From Azolla caroliniana (taxonomy: Eukaryota > Plantae > Polypodiophyta), in contig JBHGNT010000001.1 of NCBI GenBank assembly GCA_043228905.1, positions 35,774,001-35,838,000 on the forward strand: DNA of 64,000 bases. Direction: 5' to 3'. Numbering within the stretch: the first letter of the stretch is position 1; the number at the start of each line of letters is the position of its first letter. Under the pieces are notes generated by a model. The model was not told where the DNA came from. It worked only from the letters and a program-made list of their open reading frames with translations, and ran no database searches. Both the position numbers and the translations under genes were made by a program. Positions 1 to 13,688 of this stretch are shown one piece after another.

Positions 1-3000
1 CGGGAAGTAGCGTTGTCGATCTCCAAATCCAGTTAGCATGCTTGAATCTTGGTTAAGTAAGAGTAAGATTGGAGCTAAAAAGAAAATGGCTTGAGTTGAA
101 CCCCCAGTAAACTTGGAATTTAAGATAAGGCATAGCACAAAGCAAAGACACGTGGATATGTTCCCAATAGCTGGCATCCATGAGCCTTCGGCAGTTAGCT
201 TTTTGACTGTCAAGGATGCTGTGAATGAGGAACGTTGTTGAAGAAGTCTGTGTTTTGGAGCGAAACCTGAACTACTCGGTTGAATCCAGTTTCTTCCTTT
301 CTCCATCACCTTCTCTTTCAATAATGATGCAAGTTCATACTTTATCTGCAATGCAATCACCATAAATATGCTTGCATATATACCCAACAATGAAGCTCTT
401 GAGCCTTCCACCGCTAATAATGCCACCAAGTTCTCATCATCTTCATAATCGTTAACTGCCACTCGACTGATCCTTGATTGCCCCTCAACGAAATACATAA
501 CAGGCAATAGAGCCACAAGTAAAGCAAATATCCACGGCATGTAGCTTGGGCTAGATGCTGAAGGAAGGTGAGTAAACACTAAGAAAGCAGTGAAGCATAC
601 TGAGGCTGCAACAAATAGTGCGTGCAGGATAGGAACTTGCATGAAATATTGAGTACAGACATATACACCAAGAGAGAGACCAACCCCTACAGCATATAGG
701 AGTCGGAGCTCAACAATATACTGCACAGGTATAGCTGAGGTAAATGCTGCCAGTGATGTGACAATAGTTAGCAATAGAAGCCACAACGGCCATCCAGGCT
801 TCTGGTCATTAAGACCGTATATTGTCATATCATCAACTAGATGTCGAGGCATGTGATATGAATCCCACCAAAATGTCCACTTTTGTGGAACAGGTGGCTG
901 TAGGTAGATTAGGCAAATCCCCATTGCAGCCACCAACACAAGGGCTCTTTTGGCAGCCTGCAAACATTTTGACATAAGAAAAACAAATAGAAAATAGTAA
1001 AGACCTCAAAAATCAAAGAATAAATAAGCTCTGAAGAGAGTACAATCAAGAAAATAGTAAAGACCTCAAGATCAAAGAATAAATAAGCTCTGAAGACAGT
1101 AAATCAAAGAATAAACAGGATCTGAAGGCAGTAAAATCTTAAACCAAGATTCAATCTGCATTTACAGACCTGTACATGTGAGAAATGATATGTTACGATG
1201 GGCGTACTTCCAACCGCACAAGCAAGAATGAGCGATCCAAGGATGAGGCCATCTGAAGGAGGAGTACCCATAGCCCATTGCAAACATTCAAAAAGTGTGT
1301 ACCTACACACCCACACTGCTATACACACGGCACTTGCATGAGCAAAAGCTTGCCATGGTTTCATTCGTGAGCTTCCTTTTGATTTGTCCCTAGATATAAA
1401 CATAGCTCAAATCACTTCAGTTACAAAACACAAACTGATTGAAGAATAGGTAAGAGAGCAAACCCCAAAACCTGTCAGTAAGACCTACTTGTACAGTAGA
1501 AATGGTGGGCACACTGCAAACAGCAGAACAGTTGTTTCCCACAAAACATGTTGCGTCGATAGGAAAAGAACCGACAGCTTGGCAGAATAAAGACATGTCA
1601 AAACACAGCTTGTTAAGGAGTGGATACGGTTTTCTGCCAACAGTCGATGCACTAAGAGCAAGCCAATTGCTGTAGTGAGGATAACCATGTAGCTTGGATA
1701 AACAACGTCCTCTTCAAATCCCACAAAGTAGTTGTTCGAATAATTATGAAGCCTACTCTCCAGTTGGCCAACAAGGGCGGCATGACCTATAAGACCCACA
1801 TCTGCTAGCAAACAAACCTTTGAAGGAAGAAGCAGCAGTCCTGGAACAGCAAGGGCTAGTGCTCCACTGCCTATAAGAAGTTTGCAAATACTCTTCAACA
1901 TTACCCCTCCCAACCATACATTCAGAAACCAGAAGTTGTGCACAATAAACCAGGCGAAAGGCACACTAGCTGTGGTGGCAAAAATGAAGTATGACGACAG
2001 GGTCTTCTTCATACAAAAGTGTGATATGTAGAAAGCCGATACAAGAGGTGCTGGAAAAAACTGCATGCAAAAATGAATTAATGAGAAAGGTTCTCTAATA
2101 TTTTCCCATTTGTAGAGAGGAATTTTCATACCACAAAATTCACAGTAAAACACGATGTCTAGAACAAACATGATGTTTGGAATACCCTTCCCAATAAACG
2201 AAACCATGATTTGCTATGTCAGAAATTTATAATGCCATGAAAAAGAAAGCTGAAATCAGCCTCTGATAAAAACTAAAAATGAGATGGGAGGGCTCTAAGC
2301 TCTCTAATATTTTGCCAAAACCCTAATGGTGATTTCCTTTCCCATTAAGAGAAGCAAGGGAAACTATACAAAAGGAGCAGAGAGCAGCCTGTCTAGAGGT
2401 CAATATATGGGACTAAGCTGACAGAGTACATAATCTCTATAGGTCCAAGGCAGAGCCACCAGCCACAAATACATATAAATATCTGGATAAGAATGAAAAC
2501 AAACTGCAAAATCACTAGAAATATATGCCTGAACATTAGAAATTGCAAAACCATTAGAAACAATTGCTAGTTCAATCTAATTATGCAATGTTTCACCCAG
2601 ATCAAAGAAATGCCTGACCAAAATGATAGTCCACAGGTGACAAAAAGCATATCATATACTGTAGGTTTACAAGAAACGTGAAGTGGAATCAGAATTGTCA
2701 AAATGAGAAACCAGAAACAATGTTTTCAGGGAGAACCAAAATGCAAAAGCCATATCATAACACATAATATACATATATATAATGTGTGAGAAAACATGCA
2801 ACCGAATCAGAATTGTCAAAATGAAAAACCAGAAACAATGTTTTCAGGGAGAACCAAAATGCAAAAGCCATACATAATATACATATATATAATGTGTGAG
2901 AATACGTGCAACCGAATCAGAATTGTCAAAATGAAAAACCAGAAACAATGTTTTCAAGGAGCCCCATGTATATATATATATATATATATATCATGTACTC

Positions 3001-6000
3001 CAGAGTTACAAGAAACGTGAAATGGAAACAGAATTGTCAAAATGAAAAACCGTAAACAATGCTTTCAGGAAGCCCCAAAATGCAAATGTCATATCATAGC
3101 ACATAGTGTATATACACATGATGTATGAAAAAACATTTAATAGCAAAACTTATTAATAATTAATTTTTTGTATCATCATTTATATACAACAATTCAAAAA
3201 CGTAATCAATAAGAGAGTGATATAGATGTCAGAGGGTGTTTTGGTCAACCAGAATCCCATTTCCCCACTTCTGACTATGTTAGGGGCAGTTTCAAGCCTT
3301 TCCAGATACTCTGATTTTCTCTAGCATGCTACGCCTATAATCCCTAAACCCTAAACAAGAATATAACATGACTTTTTTGCTGGAGCAAAATGCAAAATAA
3401 ACAGCTATGATGATCCAAATCCTGACAACATTATTTAAAATACTCCAATAACTAAAAATTAGTCAAGGTTGTCTATATACGAATATTCAATGTTTAGATA
3501 CATACAATACCTTGTGAATGGTACTACACATACTGTACCTTAAGGCTACTCTGCCTAATTGTTCCTATTTTTGTTTAATTACGTACATAACATGTCTCTG
3601 CAAAAAAAATACATGTAGCACCTAATATCATGAATATTAAGAAAAGACCAGTGTGTACACCTAATATCTGAAATTAGCAGAAAGTCCTCGTTAAATATTT
3701 TTTCCTTTCGTGTTACTCTCACAGTAGCCATGCTTGATTTCCACAGTTAGGTATAGGTTACAAGCTCAGAGAAGTTTGACTTGAAGGTTGACGATGATGT
3801 TAGACAATGAAGACTTAAGTCACAATTTCGTGCTTTTTAGCTGAAGACCGTGTTTTTACCTCAAGCTGAAGTTAAAGAATTTGGTGCATTTTCGCAAGTT
3901 TTTCAAAGGTTTGTATCAGTAACAAACACTGTGGACTTCTTGCATTTATTTTAATGCCTAAATAATGTTAACAATTTGCTACTTTGCTTACATTATCGCG
4001 CCTATATGAAGTTGCTCAATGATATCACAAAATTGGTATTTAAAGTACTTTTAATTTGGGAAGCACATAATCTATATTACTACATTAAATACACATGGTA
4101 CCCATACATACTTAATGTACCTGACAATAGTGGACTAGTTTTTGCTATAACCAAATAACTAGGAACTAGAAAAGTCAAAAAGCATGTTATTATTTTATTA
4201 TCACAAGCAGAAACCTATATGTATGATTTTTTTAGTTGGAATGTAACAGTAAGACAGACAACTACAGATGCCCCTATTCTAAACCAACATTTTTCTAGTG
4301 ATCACAGTTTTGATCAAATATGTTTTGCATCATATGTTTTACTTATCACTTCATCTGTCACAAGTTTAAATCTATGGTGAATGTCATAGATATTGAGAAT
4401 AAAAACCTCAGGTATCATTGTCTTTGAACCACTATACTCATCTTTCTTTGTTTCCATTTAAGCACATAATATAGCATGTACCTTGGTCAACAACTCAAAC
4501 TTACAGAGTATGTAATGACTGGGTCACTTACCTTATACATCGAAGTAAAGTTATCCCACAACAAAGTGTTTTTATGTTTCTCCAAAGTTCATTCAGTTTA
4601 CTTTACTTCTATACAGTAAGATAAAAAAATTGAAGCTCATGAACATATGATGGCATAAAATGATTAGAGAGATACAAGACATGTTTCCATTTTAAATTTA
4701 TGAATCATTCCAAGAACGACTGAATCTCTGAAACATAATCTCCTTTTTCATTCTGATGAAACTGCAAGTGGTAAAACCACTTGAATATTTGCAAGAATGG
4801 GAACATTTTTAGCAAAAACTTTCGTTCTAATATTGATTCTAGTCTTGGGTTGAGAATTAAGATATTCATTCCTAAAAGACAATGCATTAACAAACAAATA
4901 GTTTAAATAAATAAAATGATAATGGGAAACATGACAGTTAAAACATACCTTCAGAGGAAGCCCAACAACCAAAGATGCACAAAGGGATGCCAACATCATT
5001 GCCCCTGTTAGAATAACTGAGCTAAAAGCATCACCAATCAGACCCATTCCAAAAGCACCCATGGCTAATGCACCTCCCAATAGAGCAACTGATACAAAAA
5101 GATAGCTCCAAGGTGCTGGCATGTGAATGTATTGACTAAATGAGAAGAAAATTATTCTCACCTCCAAACATACAACAATCACAAATACTGCAATGGCTCC
5201 ATTTACAAGGCGAACCTGCCGAAACTGCTTAGGATCCTTTGCAATCCACCATAGAGCTCCCCTTGTTGAGCAATAAAGCTGAAAGAGAAACGGCACGAAG
5301 AAAAGCAAGAAAACTTCACAGATTGCATTGACCGAGGACAATAGATGTGCATGATGAATCCCAATATAAAGCAAGAGCGGTAGAAACAACAATGTCAAGG
5401 TGTGAAATGTGCCATCGAGTGGCCCAAGGATCAATGCTTCTTCAACAATCTGTCCTCCGTAGCTCTTATCAGGCTTATTCTTGAATGAGGATTGCAAAGG
5501 CAAGGCAAAAAGCCAATACATCTCGAACAGGGTCACCATGAGGTAGAAGGGCGAATTCATAATACCCACAGAAGTTATGATGCCCCAAACTTGTACAGAA
5601 GAAGCTGCAAAAGGTATGCAAGCAAACAAGACTCTTTCAAGTGCAAGGACAACCGTTGGATTCTCAATCTGTAACCATCGGAATTGCAATGATGCCCAGA
5701 CTCCGATAAGGAAATTCACCTCGAACGAAAGAAGTATACCAAGGCAATACAAGGGCAATGATACCATGGAAGAAAAGCTCGTTCCAGACAATAAGAGGGC
5801 AAGTTGAGAGGCAAAGAGGGAGCCCCAAATCCCAAAAAAAGCCCCCTGTTTGATGTGGAGAGAGTCGAGGATGTATGAAAGCATGAGGCCAAGGGTGAGA
5901 GTCCCGAGAACAGGTCTCCCACCCATCCCTAGCATAATGATGGCACATGGTATCAGAGCGATGCTGACCCTTATGTTATACATAAAGCTTCCTGCCGAAA

Positions 6001-6148
6001 ATCGGGAATCGGCAGATCTCAATCGCGTCCCATTAAAACTCGATGATGCCAATGATGATGAGGATGAGGATGACGGTGATGATTTCATATCTTGCATAAC
6101 AGGGGACATCATGGCTGATGCCCTGGCTCTAAAAGGGGAATCCATCAT
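1..6148 (-). CDS. NEF1: NO EXINE FORMATION 1-like multi-pass membrane protein, 3' end beyond the left edge
   Basis: Exons 6148-4949, 2060-1489, 1389-1170, 957-<1, all GT-AG and in phase. The translation matches the Arabidopsis NEF1 pattern throughout (SRFSAGSFMYNIRVSIALIPCA, SLQFRWLQIENPTVVLALER, FLFQLYCSTRGALWW, YPSYMVILTT, MKPWQAFAHA, PPSDGL, GDRQRYFP). ATG at 6148; the ORF-track start at 6247 is TTG. Confidence 0.93.
990..1140. repeat. ~60-bp tandem repeat (2 copies plus a decayed partial) in NEF1 intron 3
   Basis: aaatagtaaagacctcaa..atcaaagaataaataagctctgaaga occurs near 991 and 1051, with a partial third copy near 1101. Confidence 0.85.
2686..3130. repeat. ~110-120-bp degenerate tandem repeat, about 4 copies, in NEF1 intron 1
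   Basis: cagaattgtcaaaatga(g/a)aaacc(a/g)..aaacaatg recurs near 2690, 2807, 2918 and 3029. Confidence 0.88.
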
Positions 6149-7199
6149 TATGTTTCCTTTCTTTTCTTTTCGTTCTGGGCTTTTTTTGTGATCAAGAAGC
6201 GACCCAAAGGCAACAACAAAGAAAGAACGGATTTTTCGCAAGAGCAATTCGATCTCTCATGCAATCCCTAATGATATGAGGAAAGGATACATAGAGACCA
6301 ATCTTTCCGTCTCTCTGTCTCACTGTCTCTCTCTGGAATTACTTACTTGCAGTTTGGCTCCATGATCTGTGGCCACCCTTCGTCGATCTGGGAGCTCACG
6401 GCTAACCTTGGATCCAAAGCTCACCCATGGTGTCCTTCACTCTGAGTGTGAGCATTTTGATTCATTATACACACATAGAGAACCCGGGGGGGGGGGGGGG
6501 GGGACTATAAGGTTTGTTCAAACTTGGCCACATACTTCCTAAACATCTCGTCCATGTCACGACTACACAACCTCCTTGGCCACATATCTAGAGTCCATGA
6601 CTGTATGTGCGCGTGCAAGCACGCATAATTGTTGCCAAATAAACCCATACTTGGGCAAGCTGCATACAAATCATTGTGCTTCATCAAAAATCTCTGAGAT
6701 CAAGCCTCGGCTACATCTCCCATGTCTCTGACCCCTAAACGAATCAAGCGATAAAATGAAGAGTGTAGTCTCTGACCCCTAAATATAATAATTGAGGATA
6801 TGTGAGTGATTGTTTTTACAAGGAATTACAAGGTGCCCATACAAATAGAGAGAGTGCTTGAGACCATGAGAGAATCAAGTGTTGAGCACATGAGAATGAC
6901 GAATTTGAAGTGGAATATGCCCATTAAGTAATCACCGATAGGATGCCTTAATAGTTGTCCAACCATGTGTTACACCCTTCTCCTCAGACAAAATATTAGA
7001 CTATAGATATCCATGTTTGTGAATGCAAATCTCTCTCGCTCTCGCTCTCTCTCTCTGTGCATTGAGCTCTTAACAATGGACAAGGCCACATACTCATCAC
7101 TAGACAATGACTATTATAGATAGGGCTATTAAACAAGGTTTGTTGAATTGTTGGCTCATGTATTGGATTAACCCATGATTCAAAGCTGAAGATTAATAC

Positions 7200-7700
7200 A
7201 ATACACCTTTTGAAAGCTTTTGATACAATATCACAACGTGAGCTTTGGAATAGACCAATGGAAGTTGGTATGCCATTAGGGCATCACATTGCCATTGCAC
7301 TACATTGTTATATATAGCACGTTTGCATCCAACGAAAAATCAACAGTGGATTCTCATTATATGTTTTCAAGTAAAATGGGGGCAAGCAAGGTGTCCATTA
7401 TCAACTACACTCTTTGATTTATGCATTGATAAATGGGAAGAAGAGATGAACATGGTTGCAAAGAAGAAGGATTAGATGCTCCAAAACTTACCCAACAAAT
7501 TGGCTTATTGATTTTATACGTGGACGATGTGGTTATCTTTTCATTAGATGTTGCTTTTATGCAATATTTACTTGGAGCATTCAAAGCATTTTGCCAAAAT
7601 AGTGGACTAACTCTTAACATGATAAAACAAATATTGTGGTAGTGTAGATTATCCAACCTCATTGATACCTTATGATTGTGTATAACATATAACGGCTTCA
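7200..7700 (+). mobile_element. Degenerate non-LTR retrotransposon (LINE) reverse-transcriptase fragment
   Basis: Frameshifted RT motifs: KAFDTISQRELW, a G.KQGCPLS.TLF.LCID-like segment, and LLILYVDDVVIFS (ORF 7433-7642). Confidence 0.8.
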
Positions 7701-8487
7701 TCACACAATCAAGCAAGAAGGCAGTTCATGCAGAAGAAGCAGTTCATTGTGTTGGCTTCATGTGAATTTCTAGGCATTCATGTGGTAATATACAACAGCA
7801 CCAAGCAAGCTTTCTTTGTTTTTCAAGAAATAATTCTCGAAACTATTACCCATCATATACAATTGTAATTTGTCACCTAAAAAGCATCACACTTTCACCA
7901 GCTTTCTTAGTCAAAACTTCATCCATCACTATGTCATGTATTTCACTCGTAAATCCATGCATTTGAATCAAAGATACAATCAATTTCATCCTAGCATCCT
8001 CATCTCCATAGTTAATGTGACTTTAGGAATACTACCACTTTTGCTTCCTCATATAAAAATGTTGTCAATCGGTGAAACAGCATCTAGTTTAGACCCTGTG
8101 ATAGTTCCCACATTTCTCAATTTCAAATTTAGACTTGATTTCCCAATCTTGTTGACCTTGGATACCAACTTTCACTGCTTTTACGATAAATTCCATCTCA
8201 ACTTACAATCCCCAAGTGAAATGGTTCAAAAACATTAGCTGGTCAAGGAATGTGTACTGTCAAGCATATAATATAAACAGTTCTACAAGATTGTTTTATA
8301 ATGATCACCCACTGAATAAAGGGATTCCACAAAGTTGAGTGCAACAATTATGCTGCATCTTATCGATGAAAAACATTAAGCCTATAAGGGTGTGAATAAT
8401 TCAATGAATAATGTTTTTGGGTTGATTAATACATATGAGTCATGCTTTTAAGTGCAATGGGATGAGGTAACAACAATGCCGAACAGC

Positions 8488-11448
8488 CTACGAGAGATAT
8501 ATTCGGTGGATTTGACTGTTTGCAAGCCTCCTCCGGCAAGTCGGGCATTTCTTTTGTGTCTTCATAGCCTCCAATATGCACTTTCGGCAAAAAATATGGC
8601 CACATATTGTGGATGTCTCTTCCTCCATAGTATCCATACAAATAGCACAAGTGAGCTTAAGTTCCCTTGGCCGCTCTGGGGGAGGTGGAAACCTTTTCCT
8701 TTTCTGAACATATCAGTTTAAAGCATTAAGCATCAAATGGAAGAAACGCAACTGTATGTGTAACATACTATAAATTTTGTTTGTATGACTCGTAACAGAA
8801 TACTAGTGGCATTGATCCATGGAAGCCAGTATTCAGTATTCTCTAATTCCCAAGATTATGATAGATTTAAGATATATGGTGTTCCCAATCTTCATTTACT
8901 AAACTGAGGGACAGCATATATTTCTTACCAGAGATGCTTTGTATTTTGTTTCGAAATTATCGTTTGTACATGTCAGATCAATGGTTGGAAAGAAATAAGA
9001 CTCCGAAAAGTTTGAAACAGAAAAGAAGGGGGATGCTTCTGTTCTTGTATGTCTCCCAGCAATTGGATCCAATATGGAAGAAGCAGGCCTGTTTTCTGAA
9101 TCATCAAACACCCAATTAGAAGAGGGGTCTGTTTTTTTTTCTTCCACCTAAAATTAGAGTGCATCAAATCAAAATAACAAAGATTATTGAACCATCAAAT
9201 CATTCATTATTCACTCCAAATAACTGTTGGGCCAAGTCCCTGAAGTACTTGAATACATCTGTCATGTGTGGTACTGGATGGGACAAACAAACTTTTCTTG
9301 CATATTCTAAAGCTTGAATCTCTGTGATCCAACAACATAACATCCATGCATGAAAAAAATGCTGAATGTGTTGTACCCTTTCTGTACATCGTGAATCACT
9401 GTGGTGTGCCAAGGGCTGGCCATGGTGTTTTCATGCAATGACAGAGGATACATTGCACTAGAGAATGCTCATGTATTTTGAAAAAGACTGTAAAGGTCAA
9501 GAAGTTCTGATGCCATACTTCAATTAGCCCCAAAGCTTGGTCAATGGCACCTCTGTAATATTCATTATACTTTTACAAGAAAAGTTAGTATTTTATACAA
9601 TAAAATATCAGAATATTGATCTGTCCCTCTGTAGGGAAGTGAACAAGAAACCCCCCCCCCCATGATCTCCAACCAGCTATTGAAACCCACTTTTATAGAA
9701 ACCTTAGTTATTGTAAACCAACAGGCAGACACAAGAAACTTCTCCCAAGATCCCTGACCAAAATGGAAGGCAGAATATGCAAGAAACAAATATCCAATGA
9801 GTTTTGAATCTGGCCTGGCTCCAGCTCGGGTTTTGCAGATTTATTACACATTATACCTCATCTTGTGGTGATGAGGAATTCTGTAAACTAGAGATTCAAC
9901 AGCTGGCTTAGTGCTCTTGCGGCTTTGTATTCACTTCTACATAGAGGGGCTGGGCTGGATGAGATTCTGATTGCCATTGTAAATCCTTAATTTTTGTTTG
10001 AATAGTATAAAGAGATCCCCAGGATCTGCCAAACCTTAAGGCTAATTAGTGTTTGGTGCAAGAGATTCTCAACTATTTTTACGGAAGTGGGTGAAAGATC
10101 ATCAAGTTTAAACAAGGTAATCACCGCCCTCAAAGTTGTTCAGGACAAGTTTAAGTGGAATTTGACGTGGGATAACCAAAATCATTGAATGCTAATAACA
10201 CAAATTTGACTAAGTGCAAATAATTGATGGATGACCTCAAGAGGATTATCCATAAATTTATTTAAATTTTAATACAAAACCCTAGCCTATCTTCTAAGAG
10301 ACATTTTCTACAGTTATTTTGCGTCCCATTTCCATATTGGAATCGTTTCATACAATCTAACTTCAAAGTACTGCAATCGTGTCAACTCAAACGCAAATTT
10401 ACAGGTTCTTGAAGAAAATATCCCAGTTTCACAAAATGCCATCTAAAGATTCTGATCAGATTGACAATACTCGTAGCAAAGTTGGAGAGTTTCCTATCAT
10501 GGAGACTTTTCTAAGATTGTGAAGGCATATATTGCGAGATGATTTGGATGCAGGCACCAAACAAGACAACACGAAGAACAATGTTATATTGATCAGATGA
10601 CTAATGACAGGCGAAAATAAATGAAGTTAATTTCTCTGAATGCAAAATAGATGAAATACTAGTTCAAAATATCGCAGAGATTAAGTGTGTTCTCTAAACA
10701 GATGGTAGGAAAACTCCATGCCTAATTTGATAAATCTGATGCAAGTCCTTCATACTACTTTATCCAAGCACAAAGAATATAGAATTCTGATACAGCATCC
10801 GAGTCATAATTTAGAATGAATAAGAAACTGTGAAACACATCCTAATTAACATCTAGCTATCGATTTGAGATGAATGTCCCCCATTATTCATTACTTAATG
10901 AAAGTTTAATTCTATGAGAGGAAACAACAAATATACCAGAGGGACCAAGTCGGAGCTCTAACTCGTCATCATCCAACACAGGTATATGTTGAGGGCGAGA
11001 AGGAGTGTATAAGGTCGCAGGCAAAGCATTCCACTACACCATATCAACGATCCAAAGTGAGTTATGTCTGAAACTTTGCAGTTAAAATGCAACTGCGCTC
11101 AAAATAGATATCAGAACCTTACAGTGGGGCTGTCCCTTTAAGAAAAACAATGAGGGCACAAACTTTTACCAAGTCATATAGTTTCTCGCTACTATAAGAG
11201 ATACAGAATCTCCCATTCCTTTGCTCCATGGAATGAAACCAATGATAGAAAGACAATGGAAATGCGCAAAATGAATGATCTCGTCTTCAAGACACAAGTA
11301 CAGATGCGAAGCCAAAGCAAACCTGCAAAGTAGAGCGAGAGCGAGGAGGAGAGAGGGCACGCACAACATCATCATCCTCTTCTTCGTCATCATCGTCGTC
11401 TTCTTCAAGAACAATAGTGATCGGATATCTATTGGTGCCGTTGTTCAT
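8488..11448 (-). CDS. RNF4-like SUMO-targeted ubiquitin ligase candidate (SIMs plus C-terminal C3HC4 RING)
   Basis: Last exon 8703-8488 reads KRKRFPPPPERPRELKLTCAICMDTMEEETSTICGHIFCRKCILEAMKTQKKCPTCRRRLANSQIHRIYLS* (RING-HC with an RNF4-like HRIYL end). Penultimate exon 9147-8929 (AG/GT, phase 0) contains the SIM TIDLT. First exon 11448-11323 (MNNGTNRYPITIVLEEDDDDDEEEDDDVVRAL..STLQ|GT) has a SIM plus acidic tract. Internal exons (from 11033; possibly ~9457-9377 and ~9277-9226) are tentative. Confidence 0.82.
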
Positions 11449-11545
11449 GAATCTGTCGGTATACGCGTCTGTGAGAGAGAAACAGATGGAAAGAAGAGAA
11501 GAGTATTTCTGTGTATCTTCCTCCTCTGTGTACCTCAACCAGTCA

Positions 11546-11547
<2 letters not shown>

Positions 11548-11591
<44 letters not shown>

Positions 11592-11626
11592 CTGTGTCTG
11601 TGTCTGTGTACGTATGTGTGTGTGTC
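11548..11626. repeat. (CT)n/(GTCTGT)n/(GT)n compound microsatellite in the 5' leader of the RING gene
   Basis: Read directly from the sequence. Confidence 0.95.
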
Positions 11627-13688
11627 TGAGGTCTCTGTTTCTCTCCAAAAGACTCTTGTAAGAGAAGAGGGGAGCTCTTCTGTCCGACGGTGGGATCGAT
11701 CCATTGTGACTGTCTTAGCTGCCCATTGTGACAAGAAGTAGACTTGGGTGCCCATCCACTAGGGCGGGCCAACAAATTATAGAGTTATCTACCCGATCTT
11801 TGTCTGCACATGGCAACACTTCTCATGTAGTATGAGTGAGCACTTTTTGAAGTGTAGCGCAATCCGAGTTTAGCTTTGATCCCACTTGGCTGGCTTTTGT
11901 TTTCTTTGTCCCCGTCTTTCTCATTTTATCGTAACTAGCTTACTCTAGCAGTAAATCCTTAAGACTACTTATCTAGGCCTCACGTATAAGGCTCAAATTT
12001 CACACCTCTCTATGATACCATGTATACTCTTCTTAAGTTACTAGGTGCAAATATGGAATGTGGGGGGTCAAACATATGACTTTTACCAACCAAGCTACTT
12101 TCATATGGCCTCACTTTCTCTATATCAATACCCATTTCTTTCACGTCTCTTTTCCACAAGTGTTATCTTTATTCTTCTTTTACAACTCAAAATTTATTAG
12201 CATTGCTTTGCCTAGATTTTTACCTCTTCTCAATGGAAAAAGTCAAATAGTGGACAAAAAAATCGATCCAAGCAAGACAATCAATGTAACATGTCATTTG
12301 CTAGCTAGAGACTGAATTGTACATGGAGGATCATTGCAAGGTTTACAAAAAAACATCAAAGGCTTCATTCACTTTAGAATATCTATCCCATGAGCATTAA
12401 TCAAAAGTTTGAACAATTATGTGTGTATATTTAATATATCTGTACATTTTTTACTATAGCCTATAGGTATGGACCGAATAACTACATGTACATATTTACT
12501 ATACATAGTATGAATCCAATGCATGCATTTGTAGGAACATTGTGGGAGATAGCATGGGGTGGGATAACATACGAAGGAGCATTCTAACACAAACAAGTAT
12601 TTCTCAAGTCATGAGACAACATAATATGTTTGGTTACCTTCATGGAGTCATTTAGCTTATTGCAATAGTCCTACATCTCTACTCTTGGATGGAGATTAAC
12701 ACATACAAGTGGTTGAGATATATCACCAACGAAAGATAATCTCAATGTAGATATATATAATTATTACCATAACGAATATTCATTGAGATTTACATTTTCA
12801 AAAGACAAAATAGTAAGATTATACCATCCTCAAAGGTTTTGTGGATATTTATATGAATAATTGAAGATTTACAAAAATATCATCAATATCCACCCATTCA
12901 AAAAATTAAGGTTCCAACTCAAACAATATGAAAACTTCAATCAAAACCATTCGACATTCGAATTCTAATCACCACGAGTCTTCATGGATATCAATACCAA
13001 ATTCACCTATTTTAAAGAGCAATTTCTTATAACTTTGCTTACAACAAAGGGCATTACCCCTCAACTTATAGAGAATTCATATGTCCTTTCATAAAGTTAG
13101 TGTTCATCACAAGCTAGCTAACTGTGACATTTGTTGGCCATTCTTTACTCCATGAGAAAGAATCCATACCAAATTTGGACCAAACATGCATGCAAAACAA
13201 TCCTCTACTACAAGAATAGCAGTCTTGTGAAAGTTTATAATTTGATATACTACATTAAACAAGTGTCTAAAATGAGAATATAAGCATGTTTCGAAACTGA
13301 AAATAGCACATACCCAACAAGTGTTTTTTTACATTTGTATGAAATATACCTACAGAAAATGTTAGGTAGAGTTATCATCATCAAACAGAAACACTGCACA
13401 TTAATTAAAGGCACATACACGTACATGGCATGGCATTGCATTGCAGTAAAACAGTTTTATTTGCAACTAGAATTGAAAAATAAAAAAGCACTAGAACTAC
13501 AAAAACTGCAGAAAAATTGATTTCCTCTTTACCTTACATGCAAATTCCGAGTGCAAACTAAGCTTAACATGTGCTCCATGTGCCATTAGCCCCTACTAAT
13601 CCAGCAGCAGACGGAATCCTAAAAGGGAGTATCTTCCGATCATAGCTGAAAGAATGCATGTTTAACCATGAGTGCATAAACTTCCCAG

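Noticed and set aside
3341-3357. Telomere-like ccctaaaccctaaac
   Set aside because: Only two units, not an interstitial telomeric array.
6505-6687. 60-aa ORF upstream of NEF1 next to a poly-G run
   Set aside because: No recognisable homology or splice structure.
11166-11414. 82-aa ORF resembling a signal-peptide protein (MMMLCVPSLLLALALL)
   Set aside because: It is a shifted frame of the acidic first exon of the RING gene running into intron, with no peptide-hormone motif.
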